DNA from: the human T2T-CHM13v2.0 reference genome, Homo sapiens
Length of the DNA stretch: 64,000 nt
Direction: 5' to 3' (one strand)
Assembly (NCBI RefSeq): GCF_009914755.1
Contig: NC_060928.1
Position 1 is the first letter of the stretch, and each line of letters starts with the position of its first letter. The notes under the pieces were generated by a model. The model was not told where the DNA came from. It made no database searches and worked only from the letters and a program-made list of their open reading frames with translations. Made by a program: the position numbers and the translations under genes. This document shows positions 28,201-41,449 of this stretch, piece by piece.

Positions 28201-28539
28201 ACAGGAGGGAGCTGGCAAGGATGGTTTTCACATATAGAATGAGAATCATGCTTTAGGATGAGGCAGAAATGCAGTGTGTTAGGTAAGAGACTTGGGAAGC
28301 CATTATTTAGTCCTCTCCACTCTCAATAAGTATATGAAAAAAGGTAGATGTAATGTCAAAGGTGACACATAAATCCCCCTTAAATTTTGTCTCCGTATCA
28401 ATTAAAACGTGTAAACATCAGAGCAGGGAAAGAATAAAAAGAGTAGCCTCAAACATTAAGGTACACCTTCCATAGCAAAGCCTTTCTTCTGTAAGGTCAA
28501 GCGGCCTCCTTCACAAGGGTGATATACAAGACTAAGCCC

Positions 28540-28720
28540 GGAATGGCTACTGCCCAGACATCTTGCCTTGGACAAGTTGTTTAAACTCTCTGAGCTTCTG
28601 GATCTATCAAGTGAGTTTGAAAACTCATATCACTGTGCCCAGCTTGTTGTGAAGGTTTAGAGACCACATAGATAATATAAATTTCCTAATGCATAAATGG
28701 TTTTGTATAAATATCATAAT
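28540..28720 (+). mobile_element. MIR fragment
   Basis: CCTTGGACAAGTTGTTTAAACTCTCTGAGCTTC core. Confidence 0.55.
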
Positions 28721-29774
28721 GCCATGCTAAAAATGTAGTTTTACTATGCATGGTTAAAATATATTGCAGATTACCACATCTGAGGCTTGGAGAGAGAGAG
28801 AGAACGTATGTATATCACCATCTCCAAATATCATCACATTGTTTAAACATTTAAATTTTGCAGGCACAGTTCAATTCATAATATCCTGTCAGAGCAAAAC
28901 AGGGTCTGCTTTTGCTCACTGTTTTGTCTCCTAACACAGAGTAGTTGGTCAATAAATATCGACTGAATGACTAAGTGATACAGAAAGGCATGTGTCATTC
29001 TCCATTAGGATGAACCAAAAGAAAGATGTTGGTCATGTATCATTGGTTGCATTGAGGAACCTATATAGGGTCTGGGGTACCCAGAATCAATCCATTCCTT
29101 TATATTCTAATAATTTAACTCAAAATCCAGAAATAATAAGGTCAGTCTTAAAGCTGCAGTTCTTATATTTTAAAGCATAAGAATCCCAGGGAAAACTTGT
29201 TAAAAATGCAGAATTCTCAAAAGAATTCTCAAAAGAATGCTTTAGTAATTTTTGAGGTAAATTCCAGGAGTCTACATTTATAAAAGAAGAATTTTGGAGG
29301 GACTCAATTTATTTCTTTCTATGCTACATAAATAGATGCTTAGGTTAACTGTCAAAGTAGTTTCAAAGGTTGATTGATATACAAAGAACAGGATAGGAAA
29401 TTTCCTTTTGGTCTCCTGTTTCAACCAAACAAGCGACCCCTAAGAACATACCCCTTTGCTTTTTAAAATAAATTACTAATTGGCTTATACTACTTTCCTT
29501 GGCTGGAGTGATTTTTCATTGTCTGTTTAATAATTTACTTCTGTGTTAATGATCTTTAAAATTATTCTTTATCACAAGTTAGAGAATCTTCAGGGCTATA
29601 CAATAGCCTATATATGAAACTGGATTTTGCACTACATAATGTAATATTCTGTACATAGTCTATTATCTTGAAAGAGCTTTATGGTAGCTGTGATAATATG
29701 TGATAGCTTGTGAAAACATCTTTCCATTCTATTCTTCTCATGAAGTGAATGAACATGCACAACAGAAATTACAC

Positions 29775-29821
29775 CTTGCCTTGAGTGATGGAGGGGATTG
29801 TGAGACCTCAGTTGCAGCATT
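29775..29821 (-). other. Candidate 47-nt exon
   Basis: Minus strand: branch-like TTTAAC, acceptor TTTATATAACCTAG|, donor AAG|GTGTAA (weak). Confidence 0.2.
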
Positions 29822-30163
29822 CTAGGTTATATAAAGTTAAAATACAGTAATATTTTGAAATATTGACAGTTTCATTGATCCAAAATGCTAACTGTTTCTA
29901 ATGAAGAAAACCTTTGGGCAGTCAATACAAAGGTAGTGGTCCTTCCAGTTAATTACCCCTGTGAGTCAGGTGCTTTTCACATGCCATGTACCATGACATT
30001 TATTTCCTTCAACCATTCTGCCACAGCACAGGCATCTTCTCCTACCTGCCCAGAAATTACAGGGTAAGTGATTTGCCCACGATTATTTCTGATACAGAGG
30101 GGTGCTGTGTCTGGGGGTTATCTCCCTGACCCTCAACATGGTTAGAAAAAAAAAATCAGAAGA

Positions 30164-30371
30164 ATATATATATATATTATATATATATATATGTATATTT
30201 TATATATATATTATATATATATGTATATTTTATATATATATTATATATATATGTATATTTTATATATATATTATATATATGTATATTTTATATATATATT
30301 ATATATGTATATTTTATATATATAATATATATTATATATATTATGTATATATTTTATATATATATATATAT
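30164..30371. repeat. (TA)n-derived low-complexity repeat with ~30-bp period
   Basis: Unit ATATATATATGTATATTTTATATATATATT repeated, degenerating rightwards. Confidence 0.9.
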
Positions 30372-31278
30372 GGGAAAGAATGAAGGGCAGCTAACAGCTC
30401 AATAATCAAAAGAAGAGTGAACAACAAAAGTAAAAACCTCAGGCACATGAACACAAGAAAGCAAGGAACTCTCAGACCCCTTGAGGGGGCAGGGCTGGCT
30501 TGGCAGTCAGCTCCACACTCTGTAGCCCATGGGTCCTGAATTCATCCTCACACCATGTTAGGATGGAAAATATGTTGCTAGATATGACAGTTCTAAGGTT
30601 TCAAAAGAAATGCAATTATGATTATTATACTGTTTAATAAAGAAGATAAGTTCTGACATTAAAAAGTTTTTGAAATGATTAAAATTATAATATTTTGTCA
30701 TTTAAACTTGTATATTAAGTATAATCATTTTTCCTAAATTTGAAACACAAATATCACCATGACATTCAATTTATGAAGAAAAGGATATTTTATAAATTAT
30801 ATAAGAAAGCTACTTTATGAACTGAAAGAAGGAAAGGTTTTGTACAAGCATATTCCCTTTATCTCCACCAATATAAAGATTGAATTATAAAAATTCTTGA
30901 TAGACAGAAATCTTATGACTAGATTGAGCTCTACGATGCAGTATCTTTGTATTATAACACTAGAGAATCTGTACAAAAAGCATTGTCTGCTCCAGACATT
31001 TAATTATAAAATATGATCTTCATTCTGAATTCAGCTCCTATGGTAAAGCATGATCTCTAAATGAAATATTTTGTATTTCATGGACCACTAAGCAAATCCT
31101 GAATTCTAAAATATTAATTTTAGCAATTTTATTTTCCTGAAACAAATAGTGGTCACTTTCTTCTCTTTGTTTTTGAAGTAAAAATGATTAGATCGTTCAA
31201 GTTATGTTTAGAATATGGAGTATGCGTATGGAATAAAAATACAATGCAAATGTAAATGTTGACTTCCAATTGAATTTT

Positions 31279-31586
31279 CTTTTCTTTTCTTTTCTTTTTT
31301 TTTGAGATGGAGTCTCACTCTGTCACCCAGGCTGGAGTGCAGTGGTGCGATCTCTGCTCACTGCAACCTCTGCCTGTCAGGTTCAAGGATTCTCCTGCCA
31401 CAGCCTCCTGAGTAGCTGGGACTGCAAGCATGTGCCACCATGCCTGGCTAATTTGTTTGTATTTTTAGTAAAGATGGGGTTTCACCATGTTGGTCAGGCT
31501 GGTCTCAAACTCCTGATCTGAAATGACTCACCCCTCTCGGCCTCCCAAAGTGCTGGGATTACAGATGTGAGCCACCATGCCCGGCC
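31279..31586 (-). mobile_element. AluS (Sx-like)
   Basis: Full dimeric Alu; TSD TGAATTTT on both sides. Confidence 0.93.
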
Positions 31587-31929
31587 TGAATTTTGAGAAG
31601 AATGGTTGTCATTGTTAAGTACAGTCAGTCTCGGGACAATATTGTTTACAGTAAATGTTGTTATTCTTTTCATTATTTACCTGTTTTTACTGATGCAGCC
31701 TCCTTCGTTAGTCACCCTACTACCAGGTGATAGATACATTTACATGCAAATATACCTTCTAAGAGGCTCCTATAAACAAAACATCCCAAAAGATCACTTT
31801 TGATAGGTGGGTTCTAACGTTGAGGTGAACTTTAGGAATTAGAGCATGCTTCGGCATTTCTGTCCTCCTTCAATATAATGAAACCAACGAACAATGTAAT
31901 GAAAACAAATCAAAAATAATATTCTTTGA

Positions 31930-32120
31930 ACTTCTATTCGATGCCTGGCACTATTCTACATATATTTACAGTTGTCTCGTTGAATCCTCCTAGCAATACT
32001 GCAACGTGGATATTTAAAATTTATTTGTAGACAAGTTCACTGAGATTAAATGAGATGATGTTCCAGATCTCACAACACAATTGGAGTGTGAATCAAAATC
32101 TGTTTGGCTCTAAAACCTGT
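31930..32120 (-). mobile_element. MIR
   Basis: ATGCCTGGCACTATTCTA..TGAATCCTCCTAGCAA..TCTGTTTGGCTCTAAAACCTG antisense MIR pattern. Confidence 0.55.
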
Positions 32121-32293
32121 TTTTCTTCTTTATTGACGAATAGGAAAGTGTTCATGCTTTTTCGAGTTCATTCTATTAGGCCCAACTTTTTCCCTAGATG
32201 TAGATGTTGGAATAATCTTTTACTTCTCCCCTTCTTCTCTCAGTCACTATATCATGCAAATAGTTACACATTCTCTTGTTTTCTACTAGCCAT

Positions 32294-32660
32294 TGTCATG
32301 AGCTGAGTGGTGTACCTGCAAAATTCACATATTGAAGTGCTAATAATCTCTAGTATCTCAGAATGTCATTGTATTTGGAGAAGGAATCCTTAAAAAGATA
32401 ATTAAGTTTAAATGAGGTCATTAGGGAGGGCCCTAATCCAATATTGCAGGTGTCCTTAGGAGCGGAAATTTGGACACAGACAGTACAGACCTTGTTGAAG
32501 ACTCAAACAGAAAACAGACATCTACAAGCCAAGGGAGACATCTCCAAAAAAAAAGACCCTGAAGACACCTTGATCTTAGAGTACCAGCCTGCAGAACTGT
32601 GAGAAAATCAGTGTCTGTTGTTCAGGCACCCAGTCGGTGGTACTGTTAACGGCAGAATAC
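32294..32660 (+). mobile_element. MLT1B-like MaLR solo LTR
   Basis: AAAATTCACATATTGAAGT..ATGAGGTCATTAGGGAGGGCCCTAATCCAATA..CCAGCCTGCAGAACTGTGAGA. Confidence 0.85.
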
Positions 32661-33335
32661 GCTCATCGACTCTCAAATCCATATCCTGATCATTTCCACT
32701 AGAACTTTTCATTTGTTTGTTCTTGTTTTAGCTAATCCATAGCACTTGCATTCCAAGTAGAAACCTAAGCAGTGTTTTGTATTAATTATTTAATTCTTAC
32801 CTAGACCTTAGGCCTGTTACTATGAAGCTGTGATTGGAACACAGGTGTTCCAGCCCTGGAATCTGTACTCAGCTCTTGGCTCACTTAGTGATCTCACTCT
32901 TAGCCTCCAAGTCATTGTTCATCTCTAAAACGTTGCCTAGTCCTGTAGTCCTTTATGACTCACCAGTTAATCTTAGAACACTTATTTGCACTAGTCTCCC
33001 ACATTAAGCCCATGTTGTAACGAAAGTATCAGTAATTTTAAAAACTCATTTGTTTTTCTCACTTCTCTGCCTTTGACTTCATCGAGCTTCCTTTTATTAC
33101 CACCTATCAGGATTCTGTTGGTTACAACCCAGCTCTCATTAGCCACGTCCTCCATGAACTCCATTTTCCCAACCAGATGTTTCTTCTCTCTCCAGTGAAC
33201 TGTAGTTCTCTTTACCACACATACACTCTTGCACTGTCACGTTCACATACGTCTTGCGGCAAAACAAGGTTACAAACTCTTTTAGGTTATAAGTGATGTG
33301 TTAGGCATGTTACTTTCTCCTGTGCTCTGAGTGAC

Positions 33336-33724
33336 TGAATTAGTTTGCTAGGGCTACCATGACAAAATACAACAGGCTGAGTGGCTTAAACAACAGACAT
33401 TTATTTTCTCACACTTCTAGAGACTGAAAGTCCAACACCAAGGTGATGGCAGATTTTATGTTTCCTGCCGTCTGTTCTCTCTGCTCGGCTTGCAGATGGC
33501 CAACTTCTTACTGTGCCCTCATATGGCTTTTCCTCTGTGCACAAACATCCTTGTCTCTCTCTTTCCTTATAAAGACATCAATCATATTGGATTAGGGCCC
33601 CACCCTAATGGCCTCATTTAACTTTAATTATTTCCTTGAAGGCCCTGTCTCCAAATACAGTTACTTTAGGGGTTAAGGCTTCAACATACGAATTTGGGGG
33701 CTGCACACAATTCTGACCATAACA
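33336..33724 (-). mobile_element. MLT1B-like MaLR solo LTR
   Basis: GTGGCTTAAACAACAGACATTTATT..CATATTGGATTAGGGCCCCACCCTAATG..CCATAACA. Confidence 0.85.
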
Positions 33725-35519
33725 ATCCCAAATGGCATTGAAGAATATTTGTTGAAGTTAATGCTGATCATTAAATCAGTTGTAGAGTCTAGTATGCTGG
33801 TCATGTTTAACAGCCATTTCTGGGTGTAGCTCTGATTTGTAGTGTTACTTATATCCCCTGGTATAAATCCATCCACCATAGTGAATTCCAGGCTATCAAT
33901 ATGTCAACCAGCTTTCAATTTTAACAATCAATGCCTGTGAGCCAGTATGAAGGGGTGCAGCATACCGCTGACTTAGGCCAGTGCCTTTCAGAGCTAAGTA
34001 AAGAAAATGTGAATGGTGTGAGGTGTGCTATGTTTTTTTTTTTCTTTTTTCCTTTTTTCATCCCTCAAAATGGAGACTTAAACTCAAATTAAACTGTTAG
34101 AGGGGGGGGAAAAAGTCATATTACCTATAAATCTAACTTTGCAGGCCAAAATTCGTACTTGCTTCAGTAGTGGTTTTTCAGATAATGTTTATCTTTGTTT
34201 GAGCGCCCAGTAAGTTGATAACAGGATAAAGAAAAACTTCACAAGGTGACATTTTAATGAACAGCACATTAAGTCATTAAAAATTGAATCCCCAGTAGGC
34301 AGCTTAATCATTATAATTAAACCAAGTAGTTTAAGTAAAGCCTAACCCAATCAGTAATGTTGCTTTCAAATGCTTTGTGTGTTTTGATAAGTTGTTCGTT
34401 AGGAAAAATGCCTATTTAGAACCAGGAAGTAGAATAAATGCATACTTCAAAGAAGCACATTCTATTATTTTCTAAACACTGTCTTCACTAGTATGAATGT
34501 ATATTCGGGCATTACAGAGAGTTAGGATGTGATATTGTGCATAATGTTTTGTGTAGTCGTTGATCCAGAAATACGCTCTCATAGGATAGTGTGGCTTGAA
34601 TGTCTTGACCAATGTAAGAGGGGTATAAAGGTTATCAGTTACTGCAGGCATCACTGATGACAGGCACGTGGGACATGGTGCTTTGTGTAGGCATCACCAA
34701 CGCAGAAAGCCCCACTGTAATAGTTTGGCATCTTCTGAATGGTTTAATCAATATAATCCAGAGTGTAAAGGTTATCAATTACCGCAGGTATTACTGAGCA
34801 TACTTTTGTTTTCAGTGATACTTGTAAAAAGCATTATATATATGTTGTCAGCCACTTCACTTTCATCTGCAGTACTGTAGACACTAATACTGGATATATC
34901 AGACTCCAGCTGTTTCCCTTCAGCTTAGGTGAATTCCACAGCTCTCTAGAAAGCTTTAACTTGCAAGAATATTTTGGCATCTGCTGAAGTACTGACCCCT
35001 GTAGTCGAACCTCTTTGGTTACAAAAGAATAGTTCTTTTAGCTGTTCAAATGTGAGTATAAAGGTGAAAGTAGTCTATTCATTTAAGCCCTTGGCTTGTA
35101 GTGGTTTTTGCATGTGAAAGCATTCCGTAAGTAAACACTGGCATTATCTTAATTCATTGAGTATTTTCAGAGTGTATATCTTATAAATATAATAAATATG
35201 TATCTATATTATAATTAAGGTGTGGGTTTTGAAATAAGTATTTACATATAAAAAGCAGTTTTAAATGTCATCGCATTAATAATCGTGTCCCTCATGTAAC
35301 TGCCAAGATATTCTTGTTTTGACAAAATTTGCAACATGATAAAATAACTTGAAAGTATGTAGACTAGAGTTAGACTTGTCCTAGAGGGAAGTCAGTCAAT
35401 ATTCTATGGTTTGTGTGTCATTTGGCCTCAGCTTTTCCATAGGATCTGGAATTCCACCATTAGAGAATCATGACTTGGGCTATAATTTTTCCTTAAAATA
35501 GAACCTTCTCTACCACCAC

Positions 35520-36387
35520 TGTCTGAAGAGTCCAGGGTCACAGGGCAAACTCCAAAATTAGGGTTCATTCCAGGAGGCCATGTGGATTCTTGGCTTTGCA
35601 CAGGAAGGGACTCAAGTGTGAGTCAAGAGGGTAAAGTGAAAGCAAGTTTACTGGGAAAGTAAAGAGATAGAGGGGTGGCTACTCCACAGGCAACTCTGCC
35701 CCAAGGGCTGCTTGTTGGCTATATTTATGGTGATATTTTGAGCATATGCTAAACAAGGGTTGGGTTATTCATGAGTGTTCCAGAAAAGGGGTGGGGAGTT
35801 CCTGGAAATGAAAGTTACTTCCCTTTCTAGACCATCTAAGGTAACTTCCGAATGTTGCCATAGCATTTGTAAACTGTCCTGGAGCTTGTGCAAATGTCTC
35901 TTACCATGCGAATGCATTATAATTAGCATATAATGGACAGTGAGGATGACCAGAGCTCACTTTCATTGCCATCTTGGTGTTGGCAGGTTTGGCTGGCTTC
36001 TTTATCACATCCTGTTTTATCAGCAGGGACTTTGTGACCCGTATCTTGTACCAACTGCCTCCTTTTCTTTTCTTTTTCTTCTTTCCTTTCCTTTCTTTCC
36101 TTTCTTGCTTTGTTTTTGACGGAGTCTCGCTCCGTCACCCAGGCTGGAGTGCAGTGCAGTGGCGCGATCTTGGCTCACTGAAACCTCTGCATCCCTGGTT
36201 CAAGCAGTTCTGCTGTCTCAGCCTCCCAAGTAACTGGGACTGCAGGCCCCTGCTCCCACACCTGGCTAATTTTCATCCTGTGACTAAGAATGCCTAACCT
36301 CCAAGGAAAGCGGTCCAGCAGATCTCAGCCTTATTTTACCTAGCCCGTGTTCAAGATGGAGTTGCTCTGGTTCAAACACCTCAGACA
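35520..36387 (-). mobile_element. LTR8A-like ERV1 solo LTR, interrupted by an Alu
   Basis: AAAGTGAAAGCAAGTTTA, GCCATCTTGG, ends CAAGATGGAGTTGCTCTGGTTCAAACACCTCAGACA; flanks CCAC/CCAG. Confidence 0.85.
36061..36272 (-). mobile_element. 5'-truncated Alu (right arm) inside LTR8A
   Basis: T/C-rich tail, then GACGGAGTCTCGCTCCGTCACCCAGGCTGG...CCTGGCTAATTTT. Confidence 0.88.
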
Positions 36388-36604
36388 CCAGCAGTTGCGT
36401 AAGTTCTTTTGTATCATTACATCTGTCAGATTGTTTCTAAGTGATGAGTGGTGATAGCTGAAGGGAGGTTTTGATTAGAGTAGGAAGATAGGGTACAGTT
36501 AATTAGAGAAAAAGTATTGATAAGGAAATCTGTGAGATGGGATCTCAATAGCCAGAAAATGTTATGGACTGTCACTGTAAGTCTCGTATGGCCCATTTAT
36601 CATG

Positions 36605-37241
36605 CAGTTGGCACTCTGTGTTTGTGGGTTTCACATTTGCTGATATAACTAACCATGGATTAAAAATACTTGAAAAATAATAATACGAGAATAAGAAATA
36701 TGATTTAAAAACAAAATATAACTAGGAAGCATTTGTATTAAATACTGTAAGTAATCTAGAGATGATTTAAAGCATACTGGAGCATTTGTATAAGGATGGT
36801 ATGGTTTGGCTCTGTGTCCCCACCCAAATCTCATCTTGAACCATGCTCCCATAATTCCCATGTGTTGTGGGAGGGATGCAATGGGAGATAATTGAATCAT
36901 GGGGGCTGTTTCCCTCATATTGTCCTCATGGTAGTGAATGACTCTCACCAGATCTGATAGTTTGATTAAAGAACACCTGTTTCACTTGGGTCTTATTCTC
37001 TCTCTTGTTGCCACCACATGAGATGTGCCTTTTATTTTCCACCATGATTGTGAGGCCGCCTCACCCATGTGGAACTGTAAGTCCAATAAACCTCTTTCTT
37101 TTGTAAATTGCCCAGTCTCTTATGCTTCTATCAGCAGCGTGAAAATGGACTAATATGCGGGACTTGTGCACCCACGAATTGTGGTATCTGAGGGAGACGG
37201 GTCCCGGAATCAATCCTCCCACTGATACCGAGGGACAACTG
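36605..37241. mobile_element. MER2-like Tigger MITE split by THE1
   Basis: Terminal CAGTTGG... / ...GAGGGACAACTG; internal TAAGTAATCTAGAGATGATTTAAAG. Confidence 0.75.
36797..37157 (+). mobile_element. THE1B-like MaLR solo LTR
   Basis: TGGTATGGTTTGGCTCTGTGTCCCCACCCAAATCTCATCTTGAA...AATAAACCTCTTTC...GAAAATGGACTAATA. Confidence 0.92.
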
Positions 37242-37704
37242 TCCCTCTACCATGCAACTCTGTTCATCTCTGTTTTATGTGTGCACTCACACTCATACCA
37301 CTTAACAAAGCTAGAAATAAAAATGAAATGGATATCATAGACAATGAAGGTATCCACTGTCACATTTCCAGGTTCCATTGATATATATTTTGAATAATAC
37401 TTTAAACTTCAACAAAGAAGCACTCTAGCTGTCTTCTCAGATCAATGTCATCATGGATCCATGTTTTTGGAGTTTAAGATTGAATAAATGAGGATTATAT
37501 AATATAATGAGCTGTATAAAAAGAATATATTCATTTAGTTACCATTTGATAACTGTTTGCCCTCGCTCCACACTCTCTCATACTCTGCCTTCAAATTCTA
37601 TTTCTCTTCTTGCCCTATATTTATTCAGCTTGCTGGTGTAGATTTCCTCTAATTCTCTTGCACTTTACTTCTGAAATAACTTCTACTTTTCTACTTTCCT
37701 CATA

Positions 37705-38059
37705 TGCGATAGACCCAATGTTTTTGTCCCCATGAAATTCATATGTTGAAATTCTCGCCCACACTGCAACATGCAATGGTAATAGGGAGGTGGGGATTTG
37801 GGGAGGTGATCAGATAATGAGGATGGAGCCCTCATGAACAAGATTAGTGCCCTTATGAAAGAGTCCACAGAGAGGTCCCTCACCCTCTTTCCATCACGTG
37901 AAGATAGAAGAAGTTGGCAGTCTGCACCTGGGAGAGGGCTCAATCATGCTAGCACACTGGTTTCATACTTTCAGCCTCCAAAACTGTAAGAAGTAAATTT
38001 CTGTTGTTTATAAACCACCCAGCTTATGGTACCTCATTATAGCAGCCTGAACTAAGTCA
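37705..38059 (+). mobile_element. MLT1A-like MaLR solo LTR
   Basis: AAATTCATATGTTGAAA..GGAGCCCTCATGAA..GATTAGTGCCCTTAT..TATAGCAGCCTGAACTAAG. Confidence 0.85.
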
Positions 38060-38479
38060 TAATGTCATTCATTTTCCTCAACTAGGAAACTGTTTCATGA
38101 ATTAAGTCTTCAGTACTAGAATACGGAAACAGCTCATCACTCCTTGAAATGTAGAGTGTAACTGAATTTGATTTATAAGATTCAAGCTTTAAACCAAATA
38201 AATATTCATGTTCAATCTCTTAATTATGATTCTCTTTAGGATTAACAAAGTAAAGGAAAGCACAGTAGATTATAATTTGTGAAGAATAGGACCAGATACC
38301 ATAACCATATAAATGGTAGCACTGATGGGTACACTAAACTGTGAGGTGAGAGGTTGCTCTGACTTTGAAACCTGGCTTTACAGCTTTATAGTAGGTGAAC
38401 TCCTCTGCATAGCCTCAGTTGCCTGGTCTGTGGTATGCATATAATGAAAACAGTAATGGTTAAGGTGATTAATCCCTAA

Positions 38480-39410
38480 TAACTGTTCTACCCAAAATGA
38501 TCAATCAAAGCAAACCATGGCAATTCCATTGCACTTACTGGTCATTGGCTTTAATTGGGATTATGATAGAATTCTATAGAAAGATTAGCACTTTATTTTT
38601 CTCACTCCTAAGAAAGAGACTCAAAGGTGACATAGTTCTATTCCTTCATCTGTCCTTTGCTGCATTAAGGTGTGATGAGCACTACCACAGTAGTTTGGGA
38701 CCAAGATGGAAGCTGTATTAGTTTCCCAGGGGTGCCATAACAAAGGACCACAAACTGGGTGGCTTTAAACAACAAAAATGTTTCCTCTCACATTCCTGGA
38801 GCTTGGAAGTCCATGATCAAGTGTTGGCAACGCCATGCTTCCTCCAAAGCCTCTAGGGGAGGATGCTTCCTTGTTCCTTCCAGTTTTGGGTAGCCCCAGA
38901 CATTCCTCCACTTTGGCAGCATCACCTCAATCTCTGCCCCCATCTTCATATAGCCATCTTCTCTCTGTGTGTCTGTTTTTTCACTTGGCATTCTCCTCCT
39001 GCATATCTGTTTTCTCTTTTATTAAGGACACAACTCATATTGCATTGAGGCCCACCCAATCTCATCTAAATTGATGACATCTGCAAAGACCCTCTTTTCA
39101 AATGAGGTCACATTCATAAGTACTGCAGGTTAGGACTTAGCCATGTCTCTTTGAGGAACACAATTTAATTGTCAGAGGGGCCAACTGGAGGATAGTTCCC
39201 CTGAGGTCAGAGTCCCCCCTTTCCCCACTTCCCTACTCAGAGGATGGCAGGAAGAGAGGTGGAAAGGACCAACTCTTTGAGGACATTATTGAGCCAACCA
39301 TAAAACCACCCATTTCTGGGCTTCTTGTAAGAGAATACATCATCTTACCTGGAAAAATGTTTGAGTTGGTATTTTGGTTAGCTGTAGGTAAAAGTTTCCC
39401 CACTCATACA
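38480..39410 (+). mobile_element. Old MaLR LTR (MLT1I/J-like) split by MLT1C, itself apparently inside a MIR (~38330-38460 and ~39415-39540)
   Basis: MLT1J-like motifs on both sides of 38714-39174; MIR 5' and 3' halves lie outside. Confidence 0.5.
38714..39174 (-). mobile_element. MLT1C-like MaLR solo LTR
   Basis: TGTATTAGTTTCCCAGGGGTGCCATAACAAAGGACCACAAACTGGGTGGCTT...ACATCTGCAAAGACCCT. Confidence 0.87.
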
Positions 39411-41449
39411 AGAGAACTGACTCATAATGCTGTAGTAAAATTTAAATGAATGAATAAACTAATGCCAGTATGACACTAAGCACAGTACTTGGCATGTTGG
39501 CCAATGTCAGTAGTTGGCCAAATAATAATAATTATTATTTGATGAGAGGTCAAAGTTACACATTTTCCACTTCCTTCTTTGACTTGAGGTTAAAAAAAGA
39601 AAAAAAACCTTGGTGACAGAAATATTGAAATCCCCATAATACACAGATTTTACTTTTGGCTATTTTAAAGATGAAATTCACTTTGTTAGCAATTGTTGAA
39701 TTTATATCATTATGCAATGAGATTGAATTTTAGCAAGAGTCAAAAAATTCAATAAAGGCAAGTATCTATTAAAGAAATAAGATAGCATCACCAACACATT
39801 CAGTTTATAAAATTCTGACTACTTCAAGATTCAATTCACATTAAAAATTTACTCTAAATCCTATATTGAAGCAGCAAGCATCAGTGTCATGAGGCCAGTC
39901 ATCAATTTCTGTGGTCAGCTATAGCGTAAAGATCTTGGCTTTGTTTAATATGAGACCCTTCACATTTCCAGGTAACATTTTTTTTTTTGAGCAAGAAAAA
40001 ATTACTTTGAGTTTTTATTATTATATGTACTAGATAGTGCCTTAAAATATTTTCAAAGTAGGGAATTCCCTTCCTTTGTTATTTACATGATTCAGGTTAT
40101 AATAAAAATTCTAACAAATACTTCTCTAGTAATTCTTCATAAAAATCTATTTAAGTTTAGGGATTTCTGCCAACAGACTATATTTGAATATAGTTTTAGA
40201 ATTTTTAACTGTTATAATATTTGTTTATTATATGAAGTAGGATTTATTCATTCAGAATCCTGTTTTGGAAGATCCCATATAGTCAATATTCAATATATAA
40301 ATGCTCAACATTTATATATATTTTTTGTTTTCTTTTCAATATACAATAGCTAAGTAAATCCATTATGCTAATCCCTTCAATCATATCTCTGCATTCCACA
40401 TTCATATTAAAAACCAGTTTTTGATCTCTATCTTTAAACACATTTTATTTTTTCTTTCTTCATGAGTCTTTATTTACAAAATCAGCACTTGTTGTCACAT
40501 ACACATCCATTACATTGTAAAAAAATAGCTACAGCTAGGATAAGGTAAATTGGTAGTGCTAACAAAATACTCGTTATTGTGCTATGCGAGAATCCACATT
40601 ACTGGTGTAATTGAAATGAATTCTTATCTTGTTCCATATCCCACAGAGCTCCCACTGACATCTGAGAACATTCAACTTTCACATTGCTCTGTCGTCTGCT
40701 TCGTTTTTCTTTTAGATATAGGTCAACACCATTCCACAGCTCTTAAGCAATTTAAGTGTTTTGAAGTTATTTGATTCCTGCAGTATTTCTTGTAGGATCT
40801 TTGTATATGCAGGCACTCACCAAGAAATGAAATTCTTTTTTTTTTCTCTGCTATGATTAAAACAGGTCCAACTAAGGGAGAAAATATTTGACTTTGGCCC
40901 TTATACATGTACTGAGAATTAGGAGTGTTTCATTATTAGATAATGGATACTTTAAATGCAAGCTCTTTTGACCTGTTCTAGTTTCTAAGTGGTGTTGTAT
41001 CTACAATATCCATCATAATGTCAACTACATAAAGCATCTTAATAAATATTAAGGTTAAATGACATCGTGAGTGTGAAAGAAGCGAGAAAAGGACTAATCC
41101 TAGCAAATCATAACTTTTACCCTCCATTCTCAGACTCAGATCATGAATTTAGTGGAAAGCCATTCTTAAAGAGGAAAGTGGATAGGGAAGCAGGCATCTT
41201 TGTAATGAAATACTTCCATTTTTCACTAGGGTGGTAAAAAGGCAGGTGTTGTCATTAATATTTTGGTCATATTATGATTCTTAGGATATTCCAAAAGATT
41301 CATGACTACTGAAGGAGAAACATATGCATTAGTATGCCCAGAGAATGTAACAAAGCTATTTGTTAAGTAAAAGATAAAAACTGATTGCCAAATATAACTT
41401 TAGGACTAGATAAACACTTAAAATGCTTTTCTCAAGAACAATTTTGTTG

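Noticed and set aside
29211-29238. 12-bp tandem duplication GAATTCTCAAAA (also a small one at ~61673-61703)
   Set aside because: Ordinary slippage duplications in neutral sequence.
32294-33724. Two inverted MLT1B-like LTRs as the ends of one element
   Set aside because: Proviral LTRs are direct repeats; these are opposite in orientation and diverged, so they are independent solo LTRs.
39340-39360. Minus-strand TTTTTCCAG|GTAAGA recursive-like site
   Set aside because: Lies inside an old MaLR LTR with a short pyrimidine tract; likely chance.
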